Shown here piece after piece: positions 36,801-50,446 of a stretch of DNA of 64,000 nucleotides. This DNA comes from Pseudovirgaria hyperparasitica. Taxonomy: Eukaryota. The translations under genes were made by a program, and so were the position numbers. The stretch lies in assembly GCA_010093815.1 (NCBI GenBank), contig ML996569.1; one strand, 5' to 3'. Every line of letters starts with the position of its first letter. Position 1 is the first letter of the stretch. The notes beneath the pieces were generated by a model, which was given only the letters and a program-made list of their open reading frames with translations, had not been told where the DNA came from and ran no database searches.

Positions 36801-37571
36801 ATGGTCCGTGAAGGCAGACTCAATACCAGCTCAGTATCGTTGATCCCGGCATTTAAAACACTCCAAGTGACAAAGATGGCGCAAGTCTTCGATCTATCTA
36901 CATGGCCTACCGGATTGTGGGCGACGAAAGACTTTGCCCGCACAGTACGAGCAGTTCCTACCGATAGGCAAGATTATTTTGTTCGGTCACCGCAATGGCT
37001 CTTACGGTGGCCAGAGACAGAAACCTGCGTGTTAATCAGTGCCTTTGAAGCAAACAGCCTGTTACCTGAGATCCAAAAGGCCCATAAATTGACTTTGCAC
37101 ATCTACACACCCCGAATCCGCGATTCCGCAGGCGCATCCCGAACAATGGATCTACTCCACCGGATGGAGAACCTCCAGTATTGCGTCGTTCCCAGTCTTA
37201 CAGCACAGCAGAAGACTCCACAAGCAGTCGCTGCCAACCAAGCAACCAAGGTCCAGCTGAATCTATTCGCAGGCCAGCTATACTTCGAGTCCCAAACCAT
37301 GTACGAAGCCACCTGTTGTTTCCTGGGTCTAGCATTCCGAGGCCCCTGCGACGGCGTAACGATGTCACCTGAAGGCTTTATTGAAGACACCGAGGACCGC
37401 TTACTTTATGACGAGAGAATGGCAAAGCAATGTAGCATACATAAAAGTCCAGTTGAACTTTTGCGCAAGTTGGCGACATGCCGAAGGAAGGGGCAGAGGT
37501 ACAAGAACTCCCACATGGGTCTTTTACTCGATGGAGACCCCGTCGAAGTAGGCAGATTGTTGGGGTCATAA
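27894..37571 (+). CDS. Giant (~3,130 aa) DUF6606/DUF3638/DUF3645-type P-loop helicase-like protein
   Basis: Introns 28195-28255, 28717-28777, 31472-31518, 31594-31648 and 36210-36258 link five ORFs plus a 75-nt exon. Motifs HVFLPPKLPQ, WRRSPLW, HEWPLP, QLNMGEGKSSVI (Walker A-like), DILDESDE, AVPYRAKD, GFSGTND, LDEAHTRGTDL and QACMRMR. Confidence 0.85.
31895..31972 (+). repeat. In-frame 39-bp tandem duplication (2 copies)
   Basis: Encodes EKLLHLDMPTITA followed by EKLLHIDMHTITA. Confidence 0.9.
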
Positions 37572-38594
37572 TGGCACAGCCAGGGAGGGAAAACAGGGAT
37601 ATTTTGTTAGTGTACCAACGCATCTTGATGGATGTGGAATGAAAGTAGCGGCGAGCTTATCTGGCAGTTTACTCAAATGCACGTACGGGTCTCATCATTT
37701 CATTTCTAGTGATGGTGAATATCACCAAAGTGACGCCTGATCCTCATCCCCTTTGGTTCTCCGCTGAGTATGATCTAGCAGCGGTGCACGACCTTGACGG
37801 CGACCGAGAAGGACTTGATGGTGGTGAAAGTTTTTTTTTTCCTTGGGCTGAGATGGCGCTAACATTGTGGGACAGATTGTGGTGTCAATTATGTCGGACC
37901 AGGTAGCGATTGCAGTTATAATGCCGAGAATCATGGCTTTGGGGGACTGGTGCCCCGTGAGATGGGATGTGAAGAGGATGACGTCGGGTTAGTATGTAGC
38001 TAGAGTATCGTAACAGGGCGGAGTGCGATGTGATGCGAGGATGTATTGCGTAGATTCCAAGTATGAGGGAAAACGATACCGTCCGGGAGACCACAGCTGG
38101 GCCTTAGCAGTGAGTTTGCATGGGACACAGCCTTTGACATGACGTCCGCCTGCATGCCCACTACCTGGTCGTATGCGGAATCATCTCCGGTAGCTGTCAC
38201 GACAGACGCCTATGTCAGCATGGAAACCGTAAATACTCCCTCAAACCTGCTTTGCTTCTATGCATCCTTGTACATTTTGGCGTAATCCTGCTTGCATGCT
38301 GGTCATCAGCATTTAAATCAGCCCACGACCGACGCTTATCCATCATCCGCCCTCTTGAACGATACGCTCTACTGTGATTCGCCGTGTTCGCGTCCATTGC
38401 GCGTCTTATGAAAGTACAGTGCGCGTTCCGTCATTCTGCCAAGGGCAGTAGCGTCTCGTGCTCTTTAGGACTTAAGATGACTGCGTTTCGCTGATGGTTG
38501 GCGATATTACATCCTCGCGTTTGGGCCAAATAGACCCCCTCCTATCATAACGAACGACTCTCCAGACTTGAAAAGGAACGACTCGGGTGTAGCG

Positions 38595-39066
38595 ATGTCC
38601 CAAGCGTGAATAACAACCTTGCATCTCACCTCGAACCTGTCACTAATAATCTTTGCAGAGCTCCGGTTACTGACCACCCAGCTGGGACCAACACAGCTGA
38701 ATCTCCAGATCGCAAGAAGCCTAAGAAGATCAACAACCAACAGCTACAGCGCTCTACGCCCCCGGTGGAGCCGGAGAGCGAAACAACCGAAGACCTGAAC
38801 GACGTGGCCGAACCCGCCATCCCACCACCACGACGCAGCGGTGGCCGACGCATGGTGCCCGTGCATCAGTCACGTATCGCAGACCGGCCGGCCAAGGTGG
38901 GCGAGAAGGACAGTAGCCTGAAGATCAAGATCGAGCTGGATCTGGAAGTCGAGGTAGAGATCTACGCCCGCGTCAAGGGAGACGTGACCATTGGGTTGAT
39001 GTAGTGTTCCTGCAGGTCGAGATCTACGCAAGGGTCAAGGGTGACGTGACTATTGGCTTATTGTAA
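38595..39066 (+). CDS. Small fungal protein with C-terminal LKIKIELDLEVEVEIYARVKGDVTIGL motif and a duplicated terminal exon
   Basis: ATG at 38595, intron 38606-38658. Stop at 39004 if unspliced, or at 39066 if 38954-39015 is spliced out. Confidence 0.75.
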
Positions 39067-39814
39067 GATGTGAGTTGGCTGTCGGTCAGAGGGACGGAGT
39101 GGTAATTCATGATTCTTATAGTACTACCTAAGTGCATACTCGACGTTGCGCGCGCGAAAGGGAGTGAACGTGTCCACTAGAATGAAGTCGCGGAGACAGT
39201 TTGCGATGAAGGCGGGAGGCGGAAGGTTTTTCGGTGTGATGGGATTGTGATTTATTTTGTCGCTGGAATGTCATGTTTGATGTTTTGGAATGGCGGGCGT
39301 ATGGCCGAGGCACGGACCTACGGAGTATGCTCCGTATTCTAATAATATCCCGATACGGAGACTTTTAAGTGGGGCCGTTCCCAATCCTTTTCTCCGACAT
39401 GTGAAAGTCAAACGCGCGCGTCCAACGTCATATCTGCAAGCAAATGCTCCCTTTTGATATCACTCAATTGTGGAATTGCCTTCTCGCCAACAAGAACGGA
39501 GAACCGATTACCCTACTGCTACAATCCAGCAGTATCAGGTTAGCATTGAGCAGCCCTGCGAATGGCGCTGCAGCATCAACCCTGGCTGGTTGGCTCCCTC
39601 CTTCTTTTGTTGGGGACCATATGATACAAACTTCGCCATCGCGTCCCTCGGCTTCTTGTTCCCATGTAGCGATCTCGACGAATTGTTGGGACGCGCAGTC
39701 GGCAGCGTAATCATGAAAATCTAAAGGCTCGCGCACTCTACTCGCTTTGTGCGCAGCAAACAGTGTTGGATTTCGCACGACTGTTCGAGTGGTGACGACG
39801 TCTACCCTTCCTCG

Positions 39815-41445
39815 ATGATAGGAACCTCACTCCCGGCGTACGTGTTCATCAGAGCCTGCGTGTTTTTCTTACATTCGATCGCTCCTCTTAGCGCTCTTTA
39901 CTGCGTTGTCTCTCTCTGCTACACTCCACCCTATGCCGTGCCGAAAGCTCTGCAAGTCACCGCTGCCGTCGAAACCGCGTTCTTCGTCCTCGTATACTTT
40001 CCGCACAGACTGTACCTCCAGAGAGCAGCTGCTCATCCTCCGCCAGTCGACTGTGAGCGTCGTCGCGAGCTATTCAGGCGCTGTCACGATAACATCCCCG
40101 ATCCAGAGGAATATTTGTCGAGATGGTTCATGGGCGCTCCTTCGTCTGAGATCAAACGCAACAACGTGAAAGAGTTCCTCAACTGGGCATTCTTCAATGC
40201 TGCGGAACCATGTGCGGAATATGAGGAAGAACTAAGCGAATATGTCGGCCACTTGGAAGAGCTGTTGGGGAGAAAGCTGGAGAAGGGCACAGGAAAAGCG
40301 AGGTGCATCAGGTTGACAGTAGACAAAGTCGACATGCTACACCGGAGTCTGACTTGGTACATGGTACGCGCTGAAATACTATAGACATGAGCGGCATGCT
40401 CAGTCGTTGACCTTCGTTGCTAATCTACCTCTTTTTCTAGTGCGTCTTCGTCGTCGACACCCTAGCATCGATTTACCTACGGTTTCAAGGATTCTACTTC
40501 CACCGCAATCCTCTATCTCAATTCTACACCGTCTTTCCACCCCGCCCTCTCCATCTACTGAGCTCCCATCACTCTCCTGCTCCACACTTGACCTACTGGC
40601 ATCGTCCTCATACGTCTAAGACTCGACTCCCTATCCTATTCATACACGGAATCGGCATCGGCCTCTACCCTTATAAGAACTTCTTAGCCGAACTCACTTC
40701 CGATGACACTACAGATTCTTCTGATGGCCAAATCGGCATCATCGCAGTCGAGATCATGTCCGTCAGCTTTCGCATCACCGGTGAGGCATTATCGAAAGAG
40801 CACATGTGCGATGAAATCGAATCCATCCTGAACGCCCACAATTGGGACAAATTTGTCCTGGTATCGCACTCGTGAGTCTTCGTCCATAGCTTGTTGCGTA
40901 CAAGGTGACTCACTCCACACCCAGTTACGGCAGCGTCATCTCAACGCATCTCCTGCGCAGCCCTCGCTTCGCAGCCCGCATCGGTCCGATCCTCTTCATC
41001 GACCCTGTCTCCTTCCTGCTGCACCTGCCTGACGTCGCCTACAATTTTGTAAGTGCCCACTATCTTCACCAGGTCTCCCATGTCTGACATACCGTACCAG
41101 ACATGCAAAACGCCGCGCCGCGCCAACGAATGGCAACTATACTACTTCGGCGCCAAAGACCCTGGCGTGGCACACGCGCTCGGTCGGCGCTTCTTCTGGA
41201 GCGACAACATACTGTGGAAAGAGGATATTCAGCAGCATCTCGTCAGTGTCGCAATTGGGGAGCGCGATCTGATTGTGGATACGGCGGCTGTGAGGAAATA
41301 TCTTGAGGGAGGCAAAAATGGGGTGGAAGATGCGGGGCTACGTGTATTGTGGTTTGAGGGCTTAGATCATGCGCAGGTTTTTGACAAGAGGCGTACGAGG
41401 AGGATGTTGGGGAATGTTGTCCGGGCGTATTGTGCAAATAGATGA
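39815..41445 (+). CDS. Membrane-anchored alpha/beta-hydrolase-fold protein
   Basis: Multi-exon; PILFIHGIGIG, VSHSYG nucleophile elbow across an intron, FIDPVSF, DLIV and LDHAQ. Confidence 0.8.
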
Positions 41446-41923
41446 GATGGTCGAGTAGTTGCTGGCGTGAGATTTCTTTTCGGTCTCGTCTGTGCAGTGG
41501 CTCAATGATATATAGTGATGGACTTCGTCCGATGGTGTATTCTCACTTTCGTCGATAATCGCTATTGTGCAAAATCATAACACAACAATACCACTAGCTG
41601 ACCGTCTGCATGTGCTCTCGTCTGGACCGAAAGTAATGTAATAGATTCTACTTGGATTGGATATGGCACTGTAGCCTCAATCCTTGTCAAGCACGTGATA
41701 GCCAGGAGAGCTATGCGAAACAGGCGATGGATATTATGTACCTGCTTTCTATCCATAGTATCAAGCCACTTAATAGATATCAGGCGTGTATAGTCTATCT
41801 CTTACCGTTACGTATGCGCACTTCCTTGACCTAATACAGCGTGCTATTCGTGGTATACATACCGTCTCGTTCTACGAGGATGTAGAGGTAATTACGTAGC
41901 TCTATATATACCGAGCTGTAATA

Positions 41924-44900
41924 CTAAGGTGTCCATTGTAGTCCATTAGACACGACTGCAATTTCTCCTTCTTTTGGAAAGACAATACTACCTCGGCGAG
42001 TTACAGACCCCATGTTACCTTCATTGCCACCGACGAACTCACGCGGAATAAAGAAATGCTTTTTGATGAGACCATCAAGACTAGACTGTGTGCCATGTAG
42101 CTGCGATAGGTCGATCGAACAGACCCAGAGATTATGATCCAGGAACACTATACGCTGTTCGAAACATCCCAGAAAGTGGTTGATGTCCTTCGATGTCAGT
42201 ATCAACGTGGCGTCTGCGCCACCGCTCCCTGGCGATGGAACTTGCGTCACCATGGAGGATGTACGCCATACCACCAATCTTTCGGTTGCTTTGCTCCCCA
42301 GCTTGTGAGCAAACTCTGCAATCAGGAATGATCCTCGGTGGTCCGTCACAAGATTCTTGAAAGCTAGATCTGCTCCCGTCAAGGCTGTCGCTCCAACGTC
42401 TATTCTGGTATCAGATTGACCTGTATGAACCACCTCTAGGGTGTCCCACGCATAGCGCCGAATGATGCAATCAGTCACAAGTACTATAGTACCCGGAACA
42501 CGGATAGAGGAGAGCCATCTCCATAGTGTGCGAGCCGATGCCTCTATCACAGTGACGTGCTTGAAAGTGTGCTCTTTCGTTATCCGAACGAAAAGATAGT
42601 CGCGACAAGTCGTGGAGACCAGCAACTTATCTTCTGTCTCATTGAAAACAATTTGTTGAACACTATCATCGAACTTTGAGTCAAGCAGGAGTCGTTGGGT
42701 CGAGACGCTGCTCTCATTGGTGCTCATTTCGATATCATACACGAGCACCCGGTTGCTAGCATCGACTGAAGCAACCATTCTTCCAGGACCAACAGCAACA
42801 TACCGAACAAAGATGTCCTGCTTGTGGCTATACAGGTCTGTCATCTTTTGACCGTTCACAGACGAGTACAGACTCATCGAACCATCATCTTTTCCAACCA
42901 ATATCACTTCCTCAATAGAGTGTACTCGAGTAGATGTTATTGGCACAATGTCGTTCCCGGTCCCAACGAGAAGTGGTGGCATGCTGACAGATTCACTGAT
43001 ATTGGACTCCTCTTCAACGACCTTGCGAACCAGGGCAGCCGGTTCCCATATCTTGGCTTTCCGGTCTTTCAGTTCGATGATACGTGTGCCATCTCCAGTG
43101 AAAGACAAGGCTTTCCCGAGAGTTTCACGAGTGTTAATTTGATATAACAAGGATAATGTTTCGAAATCCCAAAGACCGATGTACCCCCAGCTTGAGCCAG
43201 TAGCAAGGGTTCGTCCGTCGGGGGAGCATGCCAGGTAGTGACAGTCTTGTTGAGCCGCTTTGACAGCTCTTTGATTCCAAGTCTCATACAACACCATACT
43301 ACCATTTTGAAACGTTACCACCATCAGTTCTACTGCGGGATTCGAATTGAAGATCACCTTCTCGGGAGAAGTGTCAGATATCATAGCTTGCGCTTCGGCA
43401 CCAGCAGTCCCACCACAAGCTCCCAAGAGGCGATCGTTATCTAGACTCCACAAAAGCACGGGTTTCCCTCGGTAAGCAAAGGCAATTATGCTTTGATCGG
43501 GTGATATAGCGATGTCGAGCGGTGCTTGTCTATTCGGGTAGGCCTGATCAGACACAACGCAACCATCTTTACAGTCAATCTTTACTGCATGGCTCTGTCT
43601 TGTCGCTGCTATGAGAACTTCATCCGATCCGGAAAATTGCAGCAATACTGGAGTGTCCTTCATCACGTATGTCCAAAGTAGCTCGCGACTATTTATGTCC
43701 CACAATTGGATTTCGTGAGGTCCCGCGCAAGCTATACGGTTGTTATTGTCGAATCGAAGACATCGAGCGGCTTCCCCATGGTTCAGAATCAGCCTCTCTT
43801 GGCAGGTGACTTGCCAATATAAGAATATGCGACCAGATTTTGTGCCAATGGCGAACGTGTTGTCGCCGGCTGCTACCGACATTGCGCGATGTTCTCGAAA
43901 GTCGATGTAGCAAATCGAATCCTCCCATGAATCATTTTCGAGGCCATGAACAGTGAGGCCGCTGCAAGTGTCGGAAAAGTAACGATATATCGATGAAGTG
44001 CGTGGGCAAAAGGGTGTGATGAGGTAATATATGGAGCTTGGGACATTTAGCAGATTTGCTCCGAATTTTGCGACCAGTCGAACCAGGTCGGTCGACCACT
44101 GAGAAGCACATTGGAAAGCATCACCAAAGGGGGGTGTATGTTTTGCACGTCGGTGAAGATACTTTTGCAAGTTCTTTGCAGTCCTGATGAGATAGTAGAG
44201 ATTTTTCTTGATGCCAGCGATATATTCGATCCAAGTAAGGATATTCGTGCGAAGAAATCTTTCGAGGACCAGAAACAAGTCATGGTCCATCGAGGATGCT
44301 GATGCAAGGTGGTCGGAAAATGCTACACATGCATAGTCCGCAATGGCGCTCTTTGTTGGCCGAGAGACGTTAATGATTGTTCTATGACGGGGAGGTTTCA
44401 TCTCTTCACCGGAAAGATATCGGAGGCATGCCAGAGCTAATTGATTGTTCCCGGCCTCTTTCGAGACAGCAAACTCCGATTGTAGTGAACGATCAGTCAA
44501 GAATGCTTTTATAGTCATATGCATCGGCTGAACGCAACCAGCCTTATCAGTGCGCAAAAGCTGCCCACAAAGACCTTGGATCGATTTTTCTATGTTTCGT
44601 ACATTGATATCTGCATCAGTCTTGATGGCGCTGGCAAGTTCGTCAATTCGCAGCGATCGGACCGCGCACATCGTCCAGACGAGAAGTGATTTAGCCAAAC
44701 GTTTCTCTCTAACATTGCAAGACATTTCCTGCAGAATCCTCTCATACATCGAGCTCATTTCGGTTGGGAGTTCGTCGATAGTTCTTTCGATGTACTCTTC
44801 GCTGTACACAGATTGGAGCTCTTTTAAGATAAGGTGAGCCCACAAGAAGCATCCGCCAGATTTATCTATCAGATTTTGCACGAGTCGCTCTCTATCTGCC

Positions 44901-46739
44901 TCCCCATTAACCGGAAGGCTGTTCATGTTGTCTTCGATGAACAGTTTGATATCTCCAATAGTGTTTTCAATGGATATAGGATCAATGATAACTCTTTTTC
45001 CCAGGCGAGCGAATTGTCGGTCGAATTCTAGCCAGGGCCGACTCGTGATGAAAAATTGGACTGGGTAGGAACTTTCGATACGGGAGATAAGAGGAAAGAT
45101 TCTTGTTGGATCGATGCATTCGTCCAGGCCATCAATGATCCAGTATTGCGGCCGTCCCAGCGGTAACTTTAATATACCTCCGGCAAAGAACTTTCTCCAG
45201 ATGGCTCTCTCATCATCTCTGTCGAAAAATGGGTTGCGTTCTTGTGATTTTGCCAATTCCAAGCGCACAATTGGATGCATTAGTCCCATCTGGAAAGCAA
45301 ATGAGCGAAGCATTGCACTGATTGTATTCTTCCCTTTTTGTCCCGTCTTAAAGAAGTAATAGCAGCAGTCATGACCTGCATTCAGTAGCTCTGTAATGAC
45401 ATGTCCAGTTAGGATTGTCTTGCCAGTAGCTGGCTGCGCATGGACCCAGTATAATTCGCCCTGCGGAGTCTCTATCCAAGTCTGGAAACTTTGTCGCTCC
45501 TGAATCCAAGAGCATGAGCCAGGGGCCTGTATGTCTTGTTCGGTATTCAGCTCGTCAATCGGTTTGTCGCGGACTGCAAGGTACGTCTGAAGATCAGACA
45601 GCTGCTGCTTTTGGTCGTCAAACCGTTTAGTAATTGTGGCTCCAAGGATATCTTCGGCAATTGCAATAAGAGCGTTCTTTACTGCCACATAGTTTGGGTC
45701 ATGCGTGCTATCGTATTTGCACACGGATCGATGATCGGCATTGAGAAGCTGCACACGTTCATGTTTCAATCCAATTGTTGCGGAGTCTCTTTCCACGACG
45801 AGAGCTGACTGGATTCCGAGGTTCAGTTTCACGGTCTCATAGAACGACCATAGGCGGACTTCGTCCGCATAATGTCTGAAGTCATCATTTATCATGTCTA
45901 ATCCTGGCGAATTCTTCTCCAAATCGGCAAGAAAGGGCTTAACACTAAACACGCCAGTAGCCCGAAGCATATTATTGAGAAGGGAGGCCAGACTAGCGCC
46001 CCGGTGCGGAGTTGCGAGGAAAATGAGGCATTGTATGCGCGCCGCCAATTCCTTTGTCTCTTTATCTCTTCGCGCGAGAATATAAGCCTTTTTTATCACT
46101 ACAAAACGATCATATATCATCAGTCTTAAGTATTTCAAAACGAAGGCAACTAGTAAAAGGATCTAAGACAGTGCTTACCTAATCCTCCCATACTATGGCC
46201 TATCAAGACAATCGGAGAGTCCGGGGAAGATCTTAAGTAAGGCGAGGTGCTCATTTCCCCCAGCAGATATCTTCCAAAGTCGTGCACATTCAGAAAACTC
46301 TCTCTGCGCTCTCCCCAGTCGCTGTTGTAGCCAAATGTGTGTATCCGTGCGTGCTGCATCCTCTGCTCCTGCGGAAGCCAGGCCTGCGGCCAGAAGTATT
46401 GGTCATCGCTTTCCTTTCTCCATGTCTTCACAGAGCCACCGCGCAAACCGTGGACGAATATGAAATCGATGAGGGGCTCCGGGGGTTCGTGGAGAAGGGT
46501 TAGTCCGTAGGGACCAACATCGTCGCTTACAAGTGTGTCCTCGGACTTTGTTCTGGATAATATGCTGAAGGAACGCTGGAGCGAGAAACCATTCTTACTG
46601 GAGAGTCGCGATGAGGTTCCACTGGAACGGCACCTGTCGTATGTAGGAGGAACTACACGATCTGTATCCTGTTGACCACGTCGTCAGTCGGAGCACGAGA
46701 ACCCACGGTAGCGAAAAAGTATCATACTTCGTCAACCAT
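41924..46739 (-). CDS. Fungal NLR-like protein: N-terminal alpha/beta hydrolase (SesB/DUF676-like) + NACHT + WD40
   Basis: FIFVHGLRGG, GHSMGGL, FLATPHRG and ADHRSVCKY (hydrolase); HAQPATGKT and WIIDGLDEC (NACHT); degenerate WD repeats (CSPDGRTLATGS...LWD). Two introns near the 5' end. Confidence 0.9.
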
Positions 46740-47154
46740 GTTCCATGACCGCCTTACATTTCTGAACAGATGCTGAGAGACTGGTCGTTATCCTACGTTC
46801 TAGCATAGAGAGAGAGAGGTCATGACAGACGCCGACAGCCCAAGCCGCAAGCCCTCAACTCCCAATTAACCGGGTGGGGTCAGTCAGGCAGCCGGCCGTT
46901 TACGTGCGCAGTCCATAATGCCATTGTTGAGCAGGACATTGATGTTGGTCATTGGAAAGATTACACATCCATGGTAATATGCAGTGTGCCGTGTTTGGGA
47001 CGACGCCAGCGGCTACAACAAAAGCAACTCCGACCGTCCCGCCGATTGGCTGATTCATGACCCCACTCCCCACGAAAAGTTTCAGGCGGATGTTCACAGC
47101 TTGTCCTTGCATGCGGCGTTTGTACTTACACGCCTTGATCGCTCATCAGTAGAA

Positions 47155-48328
47155 ATGGCTAACGTGAAGTATCTTGACAAACATGACTGTGATTCCACCG
47201 GAGTTCACTGTGGCGGAGTTGAAGGAAGAGGACAAGTACGAGGGTCGAGAGATTGATGCCAATATTGCTGCTAGTAAGTGAATCTCTCCTGTGACAGGGC
47301 TTGCTAATTCAATGAAGGTCTCCCTGAGGGTGTAGATGTCATTTGGGTATCTACATATGGCGCGACGCATTGGTCGATATCTACCAAGATTGACACGATC
47401 GTCAATGGTGAAGAGAAATCATTCTTCCTCAAGGAGTATCGCGACGTAAACGCAGAAGCAATGGTCAAGGCCGAGTATGAGTCTACGGCGGCACTCTATG
47501 CTATTTCCCCTCAGAACGTGCCTGAGCCTATTGGGTATGGCTCCTTTGCATCAGATGCTCAGCGATTCTTCTACGTCCAAGTATTCTGTGACATGAATGA
47601 AGATCTTCCTGAAGTAGACAACTTCGTCACCGTTCTGTCCAAGTTCCACGCAAAGCAGTCACCGGACGGGCAATTTGGATTCCATATAACTACATTCCAA
47701 GGCAACATTCCGCAGAACAACAGCTGGACCCACACTTGGGAAGAATACTTCGCTCGCGGTCTGCAGGATATGATTGATAGGGAACGTAGCATCCAAGGTT
47801 CTGACCCGGAAATGACCGAGTTATCTGCCAAGCTAATGTCACATGTCGTGCCTCGACTCCTACGGCCAATGGAGACAGCTGGCAAACGAATCAAGCCAGT
47901 GTTGCTGCACGGTGATCTATGGCATGGCAACGTGAGCATCGATAATGTCTCTGGTGACCCGATCTTTTATGATGCTGGGAGCTTCTACGGACACGGAGAA
48001 TATGATGCTGGCCCGTGGCGCGCGACGCGCTACCGTTTCGACAAGACTCATCTGCGTGCTTATCACAAGCTGGTGGATATATCTGAGCCAGTGGAGGATC
48101 ATGATGACAGAAATGCGTTGTATGCGTTGAAGAACGACCTTTTGGTGTCGTGTTGCTGGAAAAATACAAAATCCACACGGCAGCTGTATGTATCCGTGCT
48201 ACTCATAACGTGTCCAATGACTGATGAATCACAGTGCCATCAATGAAATGCGTCGTCTAGTCACAAAATATCCAGATGGCTACGAAGGCTATGTGGCGAG
48301 CAACAGCCAACCTGCAGCTGGTGCGTGA
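47155..48328 (+). CDS. Fructosamine-3-kinase family protein
   Basis: FFLK, AEYES, QFGFHITT, LLHGDLWHGN and YDAGSFYGHGEYD; introns near 47275-47320 and 48186-48234. Confidence 0.88.
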
Positions 48329-48390
48329 GAAATTTACTTACTGCCGTCAAGAATCAATGGCCAGATTTGTTTAGGTAGTCTTGGCAGATC

Positions 48391-50038
48391 CTATTCATTG
48401 ATTATCTGCCGTGCCACGTTGTCTACTGTCTTACGGGTCTGCCTTGCATTCCGCCAATTCATCCCTTTCCATCGCAGGATAAAGGTCATGACCACACTCA
48501 ACAGTCCGGAGCTGATAGCCAAAGCTGTGAAGAAATACCCTGTACCTATACTATTCAAGAGAGGCTGCATGCCGGCTACCACAGCAGCGGAAAGCCCACA
48601 GCGTGTAATATTTCCTGCTGCTGCCGCTGTGCTAGCATATTCAGGACATATGTCCACTATAAGAGTGTTGTGCGTCTGAACTTTATGCTTAGCAGAACTC
48701 TGGAACTCACGCGACACCGATTACCTGGCATAAACATGTCGCGACAAACCCATGCAGAAACAACAGTACTAAAGCAGCACTGATATGAACCCTCTCTTCG
48801 AGAACCCAAGCATAAGCCACTAAGATGACCGTCGAGAAAGGAATGAGCAGCCACGACATTCGAGAACGAGCATTCTCGATTGGGAATGTTGACATGTTGT
48901 CACCTACCACTTTGTCGATGACAATGCTATTCTCTTTAGCAACTACTCTGTAGTTCCAGTCCAACAGCTTTCCGTTAACAAGACCGCCTACTATTACACC
49001 CGCTCCTATGGGTAAGTAGCAAAGCCCTACTTCAAGTTCACTCAAGCCATAAAGGTCCGTATAGATCTCAGGTATGGAAGCCTGGACACAATAGTAGACG
49101 GCATATGATACTGCACTAATGGTGAGTACGACAGATGTATCCTTATGGAAACAAACCAAAAGAGCCTTAAAGGGGTTCGGCGCCACAAATTGAGGTTGTC
49201 CTGGCACGGTCACATCGACTGCCTCATGCCTCTTCCGCTGTGTACGTGTCTGTACCAGGGGCCGATTCCAAGCTGGCGCAGCAATACTTCCATTGCCAAC
49301 GACACTTCGTCCAGTCTCTGGGAACACTGTCGCGAGAACGGCAAGAAAGACTGCTCCAACCATCACCAACAACCAAAACACCCATTTCCACCCAGCTTCA
49401 GCAACCACGACCCCGCCAATCAATGGCCCAAGAGTTGGACCCAGATTGGTCGCTATCATTGCCGGACCCAGCATACTGCCCCGTGTTGCAGGTGTGGCCA
49501 CGTCTGCGATGACGCCGTAGCTTATAGCGACAGTTGCGGAGCATCCTAAGCTTTGCAGGCTTCGCAGGACCATAAGTGCAGCATAGTGCCTCTGTAGCGC
49601 CAATGCTAGATTCGCTGCCACGTAGATACTAAACGTGAAAAGGTACACCGGACGGCGGCCCAGATTGTCTGCTAAATCGCCACAGAACGCAGGGGCGATT
49701 CCTTGCACGATGAGATACGTGGTGATGGTGAGATTGATGCGGCTGGAGTCGACATGAACGGCTTGAGCTAGCTGTTTGAGGCACGGGAAGTATATGTTTG
49801 CGGTGAATGGGGAGAAGAACATGCTGCAGCCGATTAAGTATGTTATAACGAGTCGTTCGCATTTTGTGAAGACTGTGTATGGTATTACTGGGTCCGGCCG
49901 GGCTCCTGGCTCCGTGTATGATTGATTTGATATACCATGATGATGTTCCTGCTCTCCTGTTTTGCCAAACGTCTTCACCGCCAACTCTTTCTCCACAGAA
50001 TTCGACATTTTCACTGTTGTGGGGGTGTTTTGGCTCAT
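48391..50038 (-). CDS. MFS multidrug (DHA1/QDR-like) transporter
   Basis: Many hydrophobic helices; GDLADNLGRRPV, LRSLQSLG, GPTLGPLIGG and PETGR; one intron near 48680-48725. Confidence 0.92.
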
Positions 50039-50446
50039 ATTGCATCAGGGATTTGGTTCAAACTGAACGAGGAATCTTGAGGCAAGGCAATGTCGTTGGA
50101 GGTCTGTGTTTGAAAGCATAAATATATCGAATTGTACCTCGAAGATCTTCTCGGCTGCGGGGTTTATCTTATGGGATCTGCCTGCAACATGAACGCAAGG
50201 GGGCTATAAGTTCAGCCTTATAGGCGTATTATCAGGGCCGCTAGACCTAAGCCTCAGGGCCGCTAAGCCTAAGCTAGATTCTCCCAAGGCTGAAAAAGTG
50301 CCGACACCTTTCACGAGTACTCTCACTACAGCTCGCAGGCACTGACGACCTCCGCAACTCTTTTCTGTTGTGGCTGTAAGCTCAGTATGTATATGTATCA
50401 CTAGCGAGTACAACTTCTGCATATCTAGTAGCTACGGCTGCAACTA

